A stretch of DNA of 64,000 nucleotides from an uncultured Gammaproteobacteria bacterium (GCA_964470695.1 CAYYDR010000001.1:139405-203404), one strand, 5' to 3'; shown: positions 18,960-29,500, counted from the first letter of the stretch. Program-made: numbers and translations. Notes: generated from the letters alone by a model not told the origin.

Positions 18960-20155
18960 ATTTTTCCGATAAATTTTAAATAATTATTATTTTTCGCTGC
19001 ATCCTTAATAATAGCTATAATCATTTTTTCGGTTACATCTCGGCCCCCTAGCCCGACTATGTAGTTTTTGAGTTTGGGATTATTTTTTAGTTTTAAAGCC
19101 GCGATGTCGGAATATAATGGGCCACAGTGGCCGAGACTAATGGCTTTTTCAATTACGGCAATATTTTTAGTCTTACTTAAAATTTTTGTTATTTCTTCGC
19201 GGGGGAAGGGGCGGTAGACTTTTATCTTTAGCAGGCCAACTTTTTTTGAACCTTTTATTGTTTCAATAATTGTGCCCGCGATTGATCCCAGGGAGACAAT
19301 AATGATTTCTGGATTATTTGGTCCGTAATATTCAATTAGGCCATTATCAATTCGGCCACCAGCTTGTTTTTTTATAGCTAAAGTTTTATTTAACAACTGG
19401 TATTCTTTTTTTATTAAATTTAGGCTGCTTAATAAATCATCGTGCAAGTCAGATCGCGTTTCCATATAATGGGCGGGAGTAAAAAAGGCGCCCATGGTAA
19501 CTGGTTCCTCGGGATTCAGATAAGTGCCGGACTCCGGTTTATAATCAGGTAAATATTTTTTGATTAATTTAGAATCAGGAATAATGACAGGCGCGTAAGA
19601 GTGGGTCAAAATAAATCCGTCTACGTTTACCATGACCGGCAATTTTAACTGCTCGGCGATTTTATAGGCTAAAATATGTTGGTTAACGGCTTCTTGGTGG
19701 TCAGCCGCAAATAATTGTATCCAGCCGGCGTCGCGTATGCTCATCACGTCGCTATGGTCGTTCCAAATATTAATTGGCGCGGAAATAGCGCGATTAGCGC
19801 AGGTCATTACTATTGGCAGGCGCATCCCAGCGATATTAAAAATAACTTCGGCCATGAGTAGAAGTCCCTGGGAGCTAGTGGCGCTGTAAGTTCTGACTCC
19901 TGTGGCGCTGGCGCCTAGAACGATAGAAGCGGCGGCAAATTCGCTTTCCGCTCTTACATATTCATAATCCGCCTGGCCGTTCGCTTTAAATTCCGCCAAA
20001 TCTTCAACGATGTGGGTTTGCGGGGTTATAGGATAAGCGGAAACAACCGCGGGAAAAATATTTTTAATAGTTAAAGCAATCGCCCGCGAGCCTTCTAGAA
20101 TTTGTTTGTTTTCTTTGTTCATAATATCAAAAGACTTTTCTCTAATAATCTTCAA
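18956..20155 (-). CDS. porA: Pyruvate/2-oxoacid:ferredoxin oxidoreductase, alpha subunit
   Basis: LEGSRAIALTIKNIFPAVVSAYPITPQTHIVE is the typical PorA N-terminus. An alternative ATG at 20122 (MNKENKQ) would remove the 14-nt overlap with porD. Confidence 0.9.
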   Translation of the reverse strand: MKIIREKSFDIMNKENKQILEGSRAIALTIKNIFPAVVSAYPITPQTHIVEDLAEFKANGQADYEYVRAESEFAAASIVLGASATGVRTYSATSSQGLLLMAEVIFNIAGMRLPIVMTCANRAISAPINIWNDHSDVMSIRDAGWIQLFAADHQEAVNQHILAYKIAEQLKLPVMVNVDGFILTHSYAPVIIPDSKLIKKYLPDYKPESGTYLNPEEPVTMGAFFTPAHYMETRSDLHDDLLSSLNLIKKEYQLLNKTLAIKKQAGGRIDNGLIEYYGPNNPEIIIVSLGSIAGTIIETIKGSKKVGLLKIKVYRPFPREEITKILSKTKNIAVIEKAISLGHCGPLYSDIAALKLKNNPKLKNYIVGLGGRDVTEKMIIAIIKDAAKNNNYLKFIGKI

Positions 20156-20453
20156 CCATTTTTATGGCTTTAACTGGGCACTCATGGACGCATAAGGCAC
20201 AGCCCTTGCAATAGTCGTAGTCAGTTAGTGGTTTTAATTTTCCATTTAATTCCGCTCTCGCTTCCATTTCAATGCAGTTCTCTGGACAAATTTTCGCGCA
20301 GAGAGAGCAGCCTATGCATACGTCGTAATCAGTAATGGGTTTTTGGGTACGCCAAGGACCCGTCTTGTTGGCTAAGGTGCTATTTGGTTTGGCGGTCAAA
20401 TTAATTTTGGGCTTTTTCATAATCTTTAGTGACAGCTTGGATATTTTTATCAA
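20142..20453 (-). CDS. porD: Pyruvate/2-oxoacid:ferredoxin oxidoreductase, delta subunit (2x[4Fe-4S] ferredoxin)
   Basis: It has two CxxCxxCxxxCP clusters (CIGCSLCAKICP and CKGCALCVHECP). The start is uncertain; an alternative ATG at 20420 gives MKKPKINL. Confidence 0.88.
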   Translation of the reverse strand: MIKISKLSLKIMKKPKINLTAKPNSTLANKTGPWRTQKPITDYDVCIGCSLCAKICPENCIEMEARAELNGKLKPLTDYDYCKGCALCVHECPVKAIKMVEDY

Positions 20454-20949
20454 TTATAGTTTGGCCTTTATCATGAAATTTTTCGGCAATGGCTTTTTTA
20501 AGTGACTCTAGACTAATTAAGCCGCTATGCTTAGCAAAGGCGCCTAAAATAACAGTATTAACAATGTTTTTACCGAATATTTCTAAGGCAATTTCAGTGG
20601 CCGGCGTGAAATATAAATGTTTAAATCTTTTTTTTAGTTCTGGCCATTTATTAGAGGCGGCGTTAATTATAACTAGAGTATTTTTATCACTGCCATAGAA
20701 AACATCTACTGTGTCTAGTAGGCTAGAATCTTGAATAATTAAGGCGGTCGGTTTATAAATTTGTTCCCGGGTAATTATTGGTTTGTTATCTAAGCGGGCA
20801 AAAGCCTGGATGGGCGCGCCTGTTCTTTCCACGCCAAAATTAGGGAAGGCCTGGGCCTCTCGGCCATCATAGAAAGCGGCTATAGCAATTAATTCAGCAG
20901 CGGTCACGACTCCTTGCCCGCCGCGCCCATGGATACGAATCTGTTCCAT
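20401..20949 (-). CDS. porG: Pyruvate/2-oxoacid:ferredoxin oxidoreductase, gamma subunit
   Basis: IRIHGRGGQGVVTAAELIAIAAFYDGREAQAFPNFGVERTGAP is the canonical gamma-subunit N-terminus. Confidence 0.9.
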   Translation of the reverse strand: MEQIRIHGRGGQGVVTAAELIAIAAFYDGREAQAFPNFGVERTGAPIQAFARLDNKPIITREQIYKPTALIIQDSSLLDTVDVFYGSDKNTLVIINAASNKWPELKKRFKHLYFTPATEIALEIFGKNIVNTVILGAFAKHSGLISLESLKKAIAEKFHDKGQTIIDKNIQAVTKDYEKAQN

Positions 20950-20950
20950 A

Positions 20951-21697
20951 TTATTTTATAATCCCTGTTACTAATTCTCTAAATTTTTGTTCTGATACGG
21001 CGCCGGCAAATTGGTAATTATTGACAAACCAGGTCGGCGTGCCGACGATTTGCATTTTATTGCCATCTTCGTAATCCTGTTTGATTTGGTTGAGATATTT
21101 TTTATTAGTTAGACAGTCGGTGAATTGTTTGCTGCTGAGGCCGAGTGATTCGGCTAACGCTATTAATTTACCAGGTCTATCAGCATCAGCAGTGGTTAAA
21201 GCATCTTGATTTTGGAAAAGTAAATCATGCATTTCCCAAAATTTTCCCTGTTCTCCGGCGCAGCGAGCAGACATGGCTAAGTCTATTGAGTCATTATTGC
21301 GCAGATAATCGCGCCAAACTATTTTTATTTTATCTTTATACTCATTAGCTATTTTAGCTATTACCGGCGAGGACTCTTTGCAAAATGGACAGGCAAAATC
21401 CGCGAATTCTACAATTGTAATTTGCGGGTTAGCCGATCCGCGATAATAATTAGTGCCATCGCCATTGATAGTTCTAAGATATTCTTGGCGCGTTTGTTCG
21501 GTTGTAGAATCGGTCTGCCCGGCTAAAATTTGTTTAACCCGATTAACTACGTATAGGCTGGATATGGTCAAAATAATGAAAATTATAATTAAGGAGACTA
21601 TGATTAATATGCCCCACCATTTTTTATACCAGGGAGCGAGCATATTTTTATGTCTGGCCTTCATGGCCGCATATTTTAGTCTTTCATCTAGGCTCAT
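20951..21697 (-). CDS. Membrane-anchored DsbA/BdbD-family thiol:disulfide oxidoreductase
   Basis: It has an N-terminal TM (WWGILIIVSLIIIFIILTISSLYVV), a thioredoxin-fold CPFC active site and the GTPTWFVN cis-Pro-loop region. Confidence 0.85.
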   Translation of the reverse strand: MSLDERLKYAAMKARHKNMLAPWYKKWWGILIIVSLIIIFIILTISSLYVVNRVKQILAGQTDSTTEQTRQEYLRTINGDGTNYYRGSANPQITIVEFADFACPFCKESSPVIAKIANEYKDKIKIVWRDYLRNNDSIDLAMSARCAGEQGKFWEMHDLLFQNQDALTTADADRPGKLIALAESLGLSSKQFTDCLTNKKYLNQIKQDYEDGNKMQIVGTPTWFVNNYQFAGAVSEQKFRELVTGIIK

Positions 21698-21701
21698 AAA
21701 A

Positions 21702-21730
21702 TTGAAAAATAGATTAAAAACAAGTATACT
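21702..21730 (+). promoter_or_regulatory. Sigma-70-type promoter for xth (TTGAAA-17-TATACT)
   Basis: TTGAAA at 21702-21707 and TATACT at 21725-21730 are separated by a 17-nt spacer. The start codon is at 21752. Confidence 0.4.
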
Positions 21731-21736
21731 TTATAT

Positions 21737-21745
21737 ATTATAACA
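21737..21745 (-). promoter_or_regulatory. Extended -10 element (TGtTATAAT) for the DsbA-POR operon
   Basis: The reverse complement of 21737-21745 reads TGTTATAAT. It lies ~40 nt upstream of the DsbA start. No good -35 is present. Confidence 0.4.
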
Positions 21746-21751
21746 CAAAAT

Positions 21752-22516
21752 ATGAAAATAATCTCTTGGAATATAAACGGAATTAGAGCGGTAGTTAAAA
21801 AGGGTTTTAAAGGCTTTTTAGAGTCAGAGTATCCCGATATTTTGTGTTTGCAAGAAGTAAAAATATCGGATGCGGTTAAAAATACCACGGAGTTTGATTT
21901 TGCTGGCTATAAGGAATATTGGAATTGCGCCAAGCGGCCGGGGTATAGCGGTACAGCCGTGTTAGTTAGGGAAGGCTTTAAAGATGTAATAGAGGTAAAA
22001 AATGGTTTTGGTTTAGATAAATTTGATGATGAGGGGAGGGTACAAACTTTAGAGCTAAAGGATTTTTATCTTTTAAATATCTATTTTCCTAATGCTAATC
22101 CCGAATTGAGCCGTCTGGATTATAAATTAGAATTCAACCGGTCTTTACTAAATTATTTAAAAAAATTAGAACGGAAAAAACCAGTTATAGTAACCGGAGA
22201 TTTAAATGTCGCCCATCAAGAAATAGATTTAGCTCGCCCTAAGGAGAATGTTGGCAGTCCAGGCTTCACTCCCGAGGAAAGAGCTTGGATGGATGAGTTT
22301 TTACAATCAGGATTTATTGATACTTATCGCGAATTAAACGGCGATAAAGCTCAGTATTCTTGGTGGAGTTTTCGTGCGGCGGCCCGGGAGCGTAATGTGG
22401 GCTGGCGGATTGACTATTTCTGCGTGTCCGCTAAACTTAAAAGACGCTTAAAAAAGGCTTATATTTTGGATAAAGTACGAGGCTCCGACCATGCGCCAGT
22501 GGGGCTGGAATTATAG
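21752..22516 (+). CDS. xth: Exodeoxyribonuclease III (AP endonuclease)
   Basis: MKIISWNINGIRA, LCLQEVK, GDLNVAH and SDHAP are the canonical EEP/ExoIII motifs. Confidence 0.93.
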   Translation: MKIISWNINGIRAVVKKGFKGFLESEYPDILCLQEVKISDAVKNTTEFDFAGYKEYWNCAKRPGYSGTAVLVREGFKDVIEVKNGFGLDKFDDEGRVQTLELKDFYLLNIYFPNANPELSRLDYKLEFNRSLLNYLKKLERKKPVIVTGDLNVAHQEIDLARPKENVGSPGFTPEERAWMDEFLQSGFIDTYRELNGDKAQYSWWSFRAAARERNVGWRIDYFCVSAKLKRRLKKAYILDKVRGSDHAPVGLEL

Positions 22517-22578
22517 AATTCGGTCGAGGATTATGAAGCCGAGTAGAATGGAAATTATAAAATAGTATTGCAACAAAT

Positions 22579-25011
22579 ATGTACGATCATCAAGCGATAG
22601 AAAAAAAATGGCAGACAAAATGGCGCGCTAGCCATCTCTACCAAACTAGAGAGGATAAAGGGAAGCCAAAATATTATATTTTAGATATGTTTCCTTATCC
22701 CTCGGGCGCCGGTCTCCACGTCGGACATCCTAAGGGCTATATTGCGACTGATATTTTTGCCCGCTTGCGTCTGATGCAGGGTTATAATGTTCTCCATCCC
22801 ATGGGCTGGGACGCCTTTGGTTTGCCGGCAGAAAATTATGCTATCAAAAATAAAGTTCATCCTAAGATAGCGACTGATGCTAATATCGCTACTTTTAAAA
22901 GACAGCTGGATCTTTTAGGCTTATCTTATGACTGGGAAAGAGAAATAAATACTACCGACCCCGCTTATTATAAATGGACGCAGTGGATATTTTTGCAAAT
23001 GTGGAAGAAGGGTTTGGCTTATGAGTCTCATGAACCTATTAATTGGTGTCCGTCTTGCAAAACTGGTTTGGCTAATGAGGATTTGGAAAATGGTTTATGT
23101 GAACGCTGCGGAAGTGTTGTGGAGCAAAAGCCGATGCGCCAATGGGTTTTACGAATTACTGACTATGCGGAGCGTTTGCTTAATGATTTAGATAAATTGC
23201 CTGGCTGGGAGGAGTCAATTAAGGAAATGCAGCGCAACTGGATAGGTCGGAGCGAGGGGGCGGAAATTAATTTTTTAATTAAGAATACCGATAAACTGAT
23301 TAAAGTTTTTACCACCAGAGTTGATACTATTTTCGGCTGCACTTATGTTGTTTTGGCGCCGGAAAATAAATTAGTATTAGAGCTGAAAGATAAAATTAGT
23401 AATTGGCCGGCCGTTGAAAAGTATTTAGATGAAGTAAAAAATAAAACAGATTTACAACGGACGGAATTGAATAAAGTTAAAACTGGCGTGGCGCTAGAAG
23501 GCGTTTTAGCCATTAATCCTTTCAATAATGAAAAGGTTAAGGTCTTTATCGCTGATTATGTTTTAAATTCTTATGGTACGGGAGCGGTGATGGCCGTACC
23601 GGCCCATGATGAAAGAGATTTTGAGTTTGCGGAAAAATATAATTTAGATATTCGCCCGGTTATTAGTCCGCTAGTTCCCGAACAATTTATTGCCGGCAAA
23701 GCCTTTGTAGCAGACGGAACCCTGCAGTCCTCGGGCGATTTTACTAGCTTAAATTCCCAAACAGCCAGAAACAAAATGATCAGTTGGTTAGAAAAAAATG
23801 GGCAAGGGACTAGAAAAATAAATTATAAAATTAAAGATTGGGTTTACTCCCGCCAGCGTTATTGGGGCGAGCCTATCCCTTTAATCCATTGCGATAAATG
23901 CGGCGTGGTTTCAGTTCCTGAATCAGATTTGCCTTTAGTTTTGCCGGAAGTAGAGAGTTATGAACCGACCGGCACCGGAGAATCGCCTCTAGCCGCGATT
24001 AGTGATTGGGTTAATGTTAAATGTCCGAAGTGTGGCGGAGCGGCTCAGCGAGAAACCAATACCATGCCGCAATGGGGCGGGTCATGTTGGTATTATCTTA
24101 GATATATTGACCCTCAAAATACCCAGACTCTAGTAGATAAGAAAAAAGAAAAATATTGGTCGCCGGTAGATTTTTATGTCGGCGGAGCCGAACATGCTAC
24201 TCGCCATCTTATCTATGCCCGTTTTTGGCATAAATTTTTATACGATATTGGCGTTGTTGCCTATGAAGAGCCGTTTACCAAATTAAAACATGTCGGTTTA
24301 ATTATGGGTGAAGACGGTCGGAAAATGAGTAAGCGCTGGGGTAATGTAATTAATCCGGATGATATGGCCCAAAAATTTGGTGCGGATGCTTTACGAGTTT
24401 ACGAAATGTTTATGGGGCCTTTTGATCAAGCGGCTAGCTGGAATACGAGCGGCCTGATCGGAACGCGTAAGTTTTTGGAAAAAATAGAGCAGTTAGTGGG
24501 CGGAGAAAAATTACCAGTTAAAGAAGATAAAAAATTATTATCGTTACTTCATAAAACGATTAAAAAAGTCGGCGAAGATATTGAAAATTTTCATTTTAAT
24601 ACCGCCGTTTCCGCTTTAATGATTCTAACTAATGAGCTAACGGATTATAAAGTTAAAAATTCCGCTTGGCCCTTTAACGAAGATAATTTAGCTCGCCTCT
24701 TGCAGATTTTGGCGCCATTCGCTCCTCATTTAGCTGATGAATTGTGGGAAAAATTAGGTCGGGCGGACAGCATCTTTACTTCTTTCTGGCCGGAATATGA
24801 TCATAAGCTCATCAAAGACGATTTGGTTAATTTAGTGGTGCAAATTAATGGGAAATTAAGAGCTACTTTAATGGTCGCAGCTGGCATTAGTCAGGAAGAG
24901 GCTATGGCCACAGCTCAACAGAATGAAATTATTAAAAAATGGCTTGACGGGAAAGAAATCGTTAAGATTATTTTTGTGGCCGGGAGATTATTAAATATCG
25001 TCGTCAAATAA
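22579..25011 (+). CDS. leuS: Leucine--tRNA ligase
   Basis: It has the HIGH-type motif (HVGHPKGY), KMSKS (KMSKRWGN), a CP1 editing region and a Zn-binding CPxC...CxxC element. Confidence 0.97.
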   Translation: MYDHQAIEKKWQTKWRASHLYQTREDKGKPKYYILDMFPYPSGAGLHVGHPKGYIATDIFARLRLMQGYNVLHPMGWDAFGLPAENYAIKNKVHPKIATDANIATFKRQLDLLGLSYDWEREINTTDPAYYKWTQWIFLQMWKKGLAYESHEPINWCPSCKTGLANEDLENGLCERCGSVVEQKPMRQWVLRITDYAERLLNDLDKLPGWEESIKEMQRNWIGRSEGAEINFLIKNTDKLIKVFTTRVDTIFGCTYVVLAPENKLVLELKDKISNWPAVEKYLDEVKNKTDLQRTELNKVKTGVALEGVLAINPFNNEKVKVFIADYVLNSYGTGAVMAVPAHDERDFEFAEKYNLDIRPVISPLVPEQFIAGKAFVADGTLQSSGDFTSLNSQTARNKMISWLEKNGQGTRKINYKIKDWVYSRQRYWGEPIPLIHCDKCGVVSVPESDLPLVLPEVESYEPTGTGESPLAAISDWVNVKCPKCGGAAQRETNTMPQWGGSCWYYLRYIDPQNTQTLVDKKKEKYWSPVDFYVGGAEHATRHLIYARFWHKFLYDIGVVAYEEPFTKLKHVGLIMGEDGRKMSKRWGNVINPDDMAQKFGADALRVYEMFMGPFDQAASWNTSGLIGTRKFLEKIEQLVGGEKLPVKEDKKLLSLLHKTIKKVGEDIENFHFNTAVSALMILTNELTDYKVKNSAWPFNEDNLARLLQILAPFAPHLADELWEKLGRADSIFTSFWPEYDHKLIKDDLVNLVVQINGKLRATLMVAAGISQEEAMATAQQNEIIKKWLDGKEIVKIIFVAGRLLNIVVK

Positions 25012-25023
25012 AAATTAAAGATT

Positions 25024-25869
25024 ATGTCGGAATTATTGTCTAAAGCTAGAGAAATATGCCGTTTATTTGAAATTAAGCCAGCGCGTTCTAAGGGACAGAA
25101 TTTTTTAATTAATGAACGAATTTATGATGATATTGTAATAGCGGCTGATTTGAACTCTGATGATTTAGTTTTGGAAGTCGGTCCCGGTTTAGGTTTTTTA
25201 ACAACCAAGTTGGCTAAGAAGGTAAAAAAGGTGATTGCTGTTGAACTTGATGACCGGTTGGCTAATTATTTGCAGATGGGGATTGATTCACAGGACATTA
25301 GTAATATCCAAATTATTAATGAGGATATTCTCCGCTTTAATTTAGATGCCTACATTCCGGCGAAGCATGAATATAAAGTCGTGGCTAACTTGCCTTATAA
25401 TATTACCTCTGTTTTTTTGCGCCAGTTTTTATCAATGCGCCATAAGCCGACTAGTTTAGTTTTAATGCTCCAGAAAGAAGTGGCGGAAAGAATTGTCGCT
25501 AATCCGCCTGATATGAGTCTGCTAGCGGTTTCGGTTCAATATTATGCTGACCCGGTAATTATTAGGCCGGTTAAAGCTGGAAATTTTTGGCCGGAACCAG
25601 AAGTGGATAGCGCTGTTATCAAATTTAACCTTAAAGGAGAAGAGACTTCTTTAAATGATGATAAGATTTTCTTTCAAATTGTTAAAATTGCCTTCAGCGC
25701 TAAACGTAAAATGTTAAAGAATAATTTGGCCGCCGGGCTAAAAATAGAAGCTAAAAATGTTGAAAATATTCTTATAAAGCAGAACTTTGACCCGAGAGTT
25801 AGGGCTGAGGAATTATCGGTCAATGATTGGCTAAAATTAGTTGCAGCTTTAAGACCGTTTGTGGTATAA
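25024..25869 (+). CDS. rsmA: 16S rRNA (adenine1518/1519-N6)-dimethyltransferase
   Basis: KGQNFL, the SAM-binding VLEVGPGLGFLT and NLPYNITS are the RsmA/KsgA motifs. Confidence 0.93.
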   Translation: MSELLSKAREICRLFEIKPARSKGQNFLINERIYDDIVIAADLNSDDLVLEVGPGLGFLTTKLAKKVKKVIAVELDDRLANYLQMGIDSQDISNIQIINEDILRFNLDAYIPAKHEYKVVANLPYNITSVFLRQFLSMRHKPTSLVLMLQKEVAERIVANPPDMSLLAVSVQYYADPVIIRPVKAGNFWPEPEVDSAVIKFNLKGEETSLNDDKIFFQIVKIAFSAKRKMLKNNLAAGLKIEAKNVENILIKQNFDPRVRAEELSVNDWLKLVAALRPFVV

Positions 25870-25870
25870 T
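25841..25870 (+). promoter_or_regulatory. Putative promoter TTGCAG-18-TGgTATAAT inside the 3' end of rsmA
   Basis: TTGCAG lies at 25841-25846 and the extended -10 TGGTATAAT at 25862-25870, ~43 nt upstream of the ATG at 25913. Confidence 0.45.
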
Positions 25871-25912
25871 AAAATTGATAAAAAAGCAAATATCTACCAG
25901 CCAAGATTTATT

Positions 25913-26596
25913 ATGCCCGTCAAAAAATTTCCAGAGAATAATGACTCTGGTTCAGTTATAAATGGCTTACCAAGACCGCAAAAGACAGCTGTTATCGTTT
26001 TAGCTGCGCTAGCGGTTTTAATTGTAGTTTTTTGGGTCTGGCAGATGAAGTCTAATATAAATCGCCCCTTTGCTTCTAGTGATAAGAATACTAAGTTTAG
26101 CGCGACCTCTACTGATATTAATTACATTTTGAATAATCAAGATACCGATAATGACGGTTTGTCTGATTATGATGAAATTTATACTTATAAAACCTCTCCT
26201 TATTTAGAGGATTCTGATAGTGATGGAATTTTTGATAAGAAAGAGGTTGATCAAAATACTGATCCTAATTGTCCGCAAGGCCAGAATTGCAACGCTGCTA
26301 CTGAGCCAGTAAATTCTAGTAGCCAAACCGGCGACTTAAACCAGAATCCAGAAACTAATTTGCCAAGTGCTACCGGCTTAAACGCGGTTACCACTGACCA
26401 GACTATTTTACAGAATGCTATGAGCGGTCAAATAGATGTGGCAACTTTGCGCCAGCTTCTTTTAAGCAGCGGCGCCAGCAAAGCTGATTTAGATAAAATC
26501 AGTGACGAGGATTTAATGAAGAGTTATCAAGAAACTCTTAATAAGCAGGGGCAGAACGGAACATCAACAAAAACTTCAACTTCAAATAATCAATAA
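25913..26596 (+). CDS. Membrane-anchored protein with thrombospondin type-3-like Ca-binding repeats
   Basis: It has a TM (TAVIVLAALAVLIVVFWVW) followed by DTDNDGLSDYDE / DSDSDGIFDKKE / DQNTDPN repeats. I chose the ATG at 25913 rather than the track start at 25859, which overlaps rsmA and the -10 box. Confidence 0.65.
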   Translation: MPVKKFPENNDSGSVINGLPRPQKTAVIVLAALAVLIVVFWVWQMKSNINRPFASSDKNTKFSATSTDINYILNNQDTDNDGLSDYDEIYTYKTSPYLEDSDSDGIFDKKEVDQNTDPNCPQGQNCNAATEPVNSSSQTGDLNQNPETNLPSATGLNAVTTDQTILQNAMSGQIDVATLRQLLLSSGASKADLDKISDEDLMKSYQETLNKQGQNGTSTKTSTSNNQ

Positions 26597-26597
26597 A

Positions 26598-29500
26598 ATG
26601 TCTTATTTTTTATTTTCCAAAAAAGGCGGACAGCCAAAAACTCCTAGTCGATTAGGAGGGCTGTTATTGACCTTGTGTTTTGTAATTGTTCTACTAGCTC
26701 CTTTTAGGCCAGCTCAAGCGCAGCTCGGCGGAGTAGTGACTGATATTGGTAATACGATTGTTAATACCGCTAGTTATATTTGGGACAAAGCTTCTGATGT
26801 AGCCTCTTATCTCTGGCAGAAGGGAGGCTCAATCGCTTTTCAGCGCACCTTAGCTTCCGCCTTGAATAAAATAGCTTATGATGCCGCTAATTATATCGGT
26901 TCAGGCGGCAAGGGTCAGAATCCGCTTTTTGTCACGCAAAATTTAGGTGATTATTTGGCTCAGATAGGCGATGAAGCGGCCGGTCAATATATTGAAACTT
27001 TTGTTAATAATTTAAATACGGATACTAATGAAGGCTGTTCGGCTAGATTGCAGAGTTGCCGCGAAGATTGTTTAAAGACTCAGAGCGGCGGCGTAGAAGA
27101 CGATGCCACTAGGCTTACTCTTTGTAATACTGACTGCGATAAAGGGGCCACTGCTTGTGTCGCTCAAAATCCTGGCAATGGCGCCGTTACCCCGTCTTTT
27201 AATGTTTGCAGTCCTTCTTCTTTAGAGGCTAAGGTAAAAATTGGTTTGGGATTAGTTGATCAGAATAGGCCGCAAGCCCCTAATTGTACGGCTTCTAAAA
27301 TGATTAAAGATTGGGGCGATGATATTCAGAAAAAAATAGATAGTTTTAAAGACCCGGAGTATTTAACTACTTTCGCGAATATTTTTGATCCACGCTCTAA
27401 TGATTTGGGCATATATTTCATGGCTCAGTCCGATATGTCTAGCCAGGCTAATATTAAGAAGGAGATAACTGGCAGTGATTTTGTTAGAACTGGCGGCTGG
27501 CTTGATGTTAGAAATATCGCTGGCGAATTAGAAGGAGTCCCAGGCGAAGCTCAGCGAGCGGCTAATACCGCTAGTCAGGCTAGACAAGAAGCCTTGGGTA
27601 AGACTACGGGCGATATTTTAGTTGATGCGGCCAATGTTTTTCTTAATCAGTTATATATTTCCGCTTTTGATAATCTTTTACGCAGTTTAGCCAAGAAGAG
27701 CGGCGGTGCTAATAATAGTAGTAATTCCGCGGCTGGTAATCGCGAGGGCGATCCTAAGGTTCTCTACGGTGAATCAGCTTTAAGAGAAGTTACGAATGCT
27801 TTACTGCAACCAAAATTTGCCGTTAGAGCCGATTATGATATTTTGTCGGAATTATCCATGTGCCAGAATCCTAAGAGCCCTGGTCCTAATGACTGTGTGA
27901 TTGATGATAAATTTAGGCAGGCAATTTCCGAAAAGAAAACTGTAGCGGAAGCTATAAAAGATGGTTATCTGCATGGTGATTGGCAGTTGACTACTGATAA
28001 TAACCAAAGTAATTATTCTTTACGCAATATTTCCGTTTTACGCAAATATCGTATTTTACCGGTCGGCTGGGAACAAGCGGTTAGTAAATCTCAAGCCCAG
28101 GGGCGCCGAGTTACTTTAAAAGATTTGGTGTCTTGTTTTGATTATAATGATGACTATTCGGATTTCAGCTCCGGGTTTGATCAAACCGATCAGGGCTGGT
28201 GCCAGGGCTTAGTTGATCCTAACTGGGTTTTGAAGGCGCCTTTGAATTATTGTAAAAAAGAGGGAATAAGTTCCCAGATTATTAGCAGTAATATTATCCC
28301 TGGCATTAAGGGGCAGAATGGAGTAGCTGATGTTTTAAGTTCCCTTAATGTTATTAGAGCTGAGAATTACTGCGCTGATAATCAGACCTGTATTAAAGAG
28401 AAGGATGATGGCAGCTGTGAAGCCTATGGCTACTGTAACGAAGAAAAAAGGACTTGGGATTTTGGCAGCGATTCTTGTGCGCCTATAAATAATACCTGTC
28501 AGTCATTTACTAGTTCTACTGGCCAGTCTGTTTCCTATCTGGAAAATACTTTAGACTACGCGCAGTGTAATGCTGATAACTCCGGCTGCCGCCGTTATTC
28601 TTTGTCAGGCGCTTATGCTACTTCAACCGGCGTTACTACTTGGGATGGCGTTAGGAGTCTTTATTTAAATAAAAATTTAAGCGATTGCGATAATAAAGAA
28701 GAAGGCTGCACTGGTTTATTAAGAGTTAAGCCAGCCTGGGGCGCTAATTTAATAATGAACGCTAATTTTAACAATGATTTAGTGGGCGATGTAAATCAAG
28801 GGAATACTCTTAATGACTGGCCGCTGGTTAATAGCCAAGCCTCTATAGTAGACGGCCAGGATCCTATTGTTAGAATGGATAAGGCCATGAAGTTAGTATT
28901 TTCTAACGGCGGTGGTCTATATTCTTCAAATACCCAATCTCTTTTGCCGGCTAATTTCCAGGTTATTACGGGCCAAGCCTATACTTTAAGCGCTGATGTA
29001 TATTTGGTAGCTGGCGATAGCGTGACTATCGCGATGGGCCCAGAAGCGGATGGCTTTAAAAAGGTGATGACGGATAAAAATGGTTGGCAGACCCTATCCG
29101 TTACTAGACAGGCTTCTAGCTCCTATAATGAACCGCGGTTCAGTATCATAGGTTCTATTGCGAGCGGAACAGGTACATTTTATGTTAAAAATATTAAATT
29201 TGAAATGGGTGATTGGGGTACCGGCTATACTCCGTATGGTTCGTTTAGATTTTATGAAAAATTATTGCCCTCTTATTTAGAAAAAACTTGTTATGTAGAC
29301 TCTAGTAGCGCCAGTAAAAATTATTCTTTGAAGGCGGATGCTCCGGCCGTCTGTTCTAACTATGCTAGACGCTGCAATAAAGACGAAGTTGATTGTGAAT
29401 CATATCAATCCACTAAAGATAATTTTGTCGTACCAGCCAAAGTCATCAGCAGTGATTATTGCCCAGGCGAATGCTTAGGTTATGATGTCTATATTTCTAA

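Noticed and set aside
22517-22578. A possible T-box leader upstream of leuS
   Set aside because: The gap is only 62 nt, whereas T-box leaders are ~200-300 nt. No T-box sequence or specifier hairpin is discernible.
25859-25912. The ORF-track start at 25859 for the TSP3-repeat protein
   Set aside because: That ATG overlaps the rsmA stop and sits on the TGGTATAAT -10-like box. The extra 18 aa (MWYNKIDKKANIYQPRFI) look non-native. The ATG at 25913 is the more plausible start.
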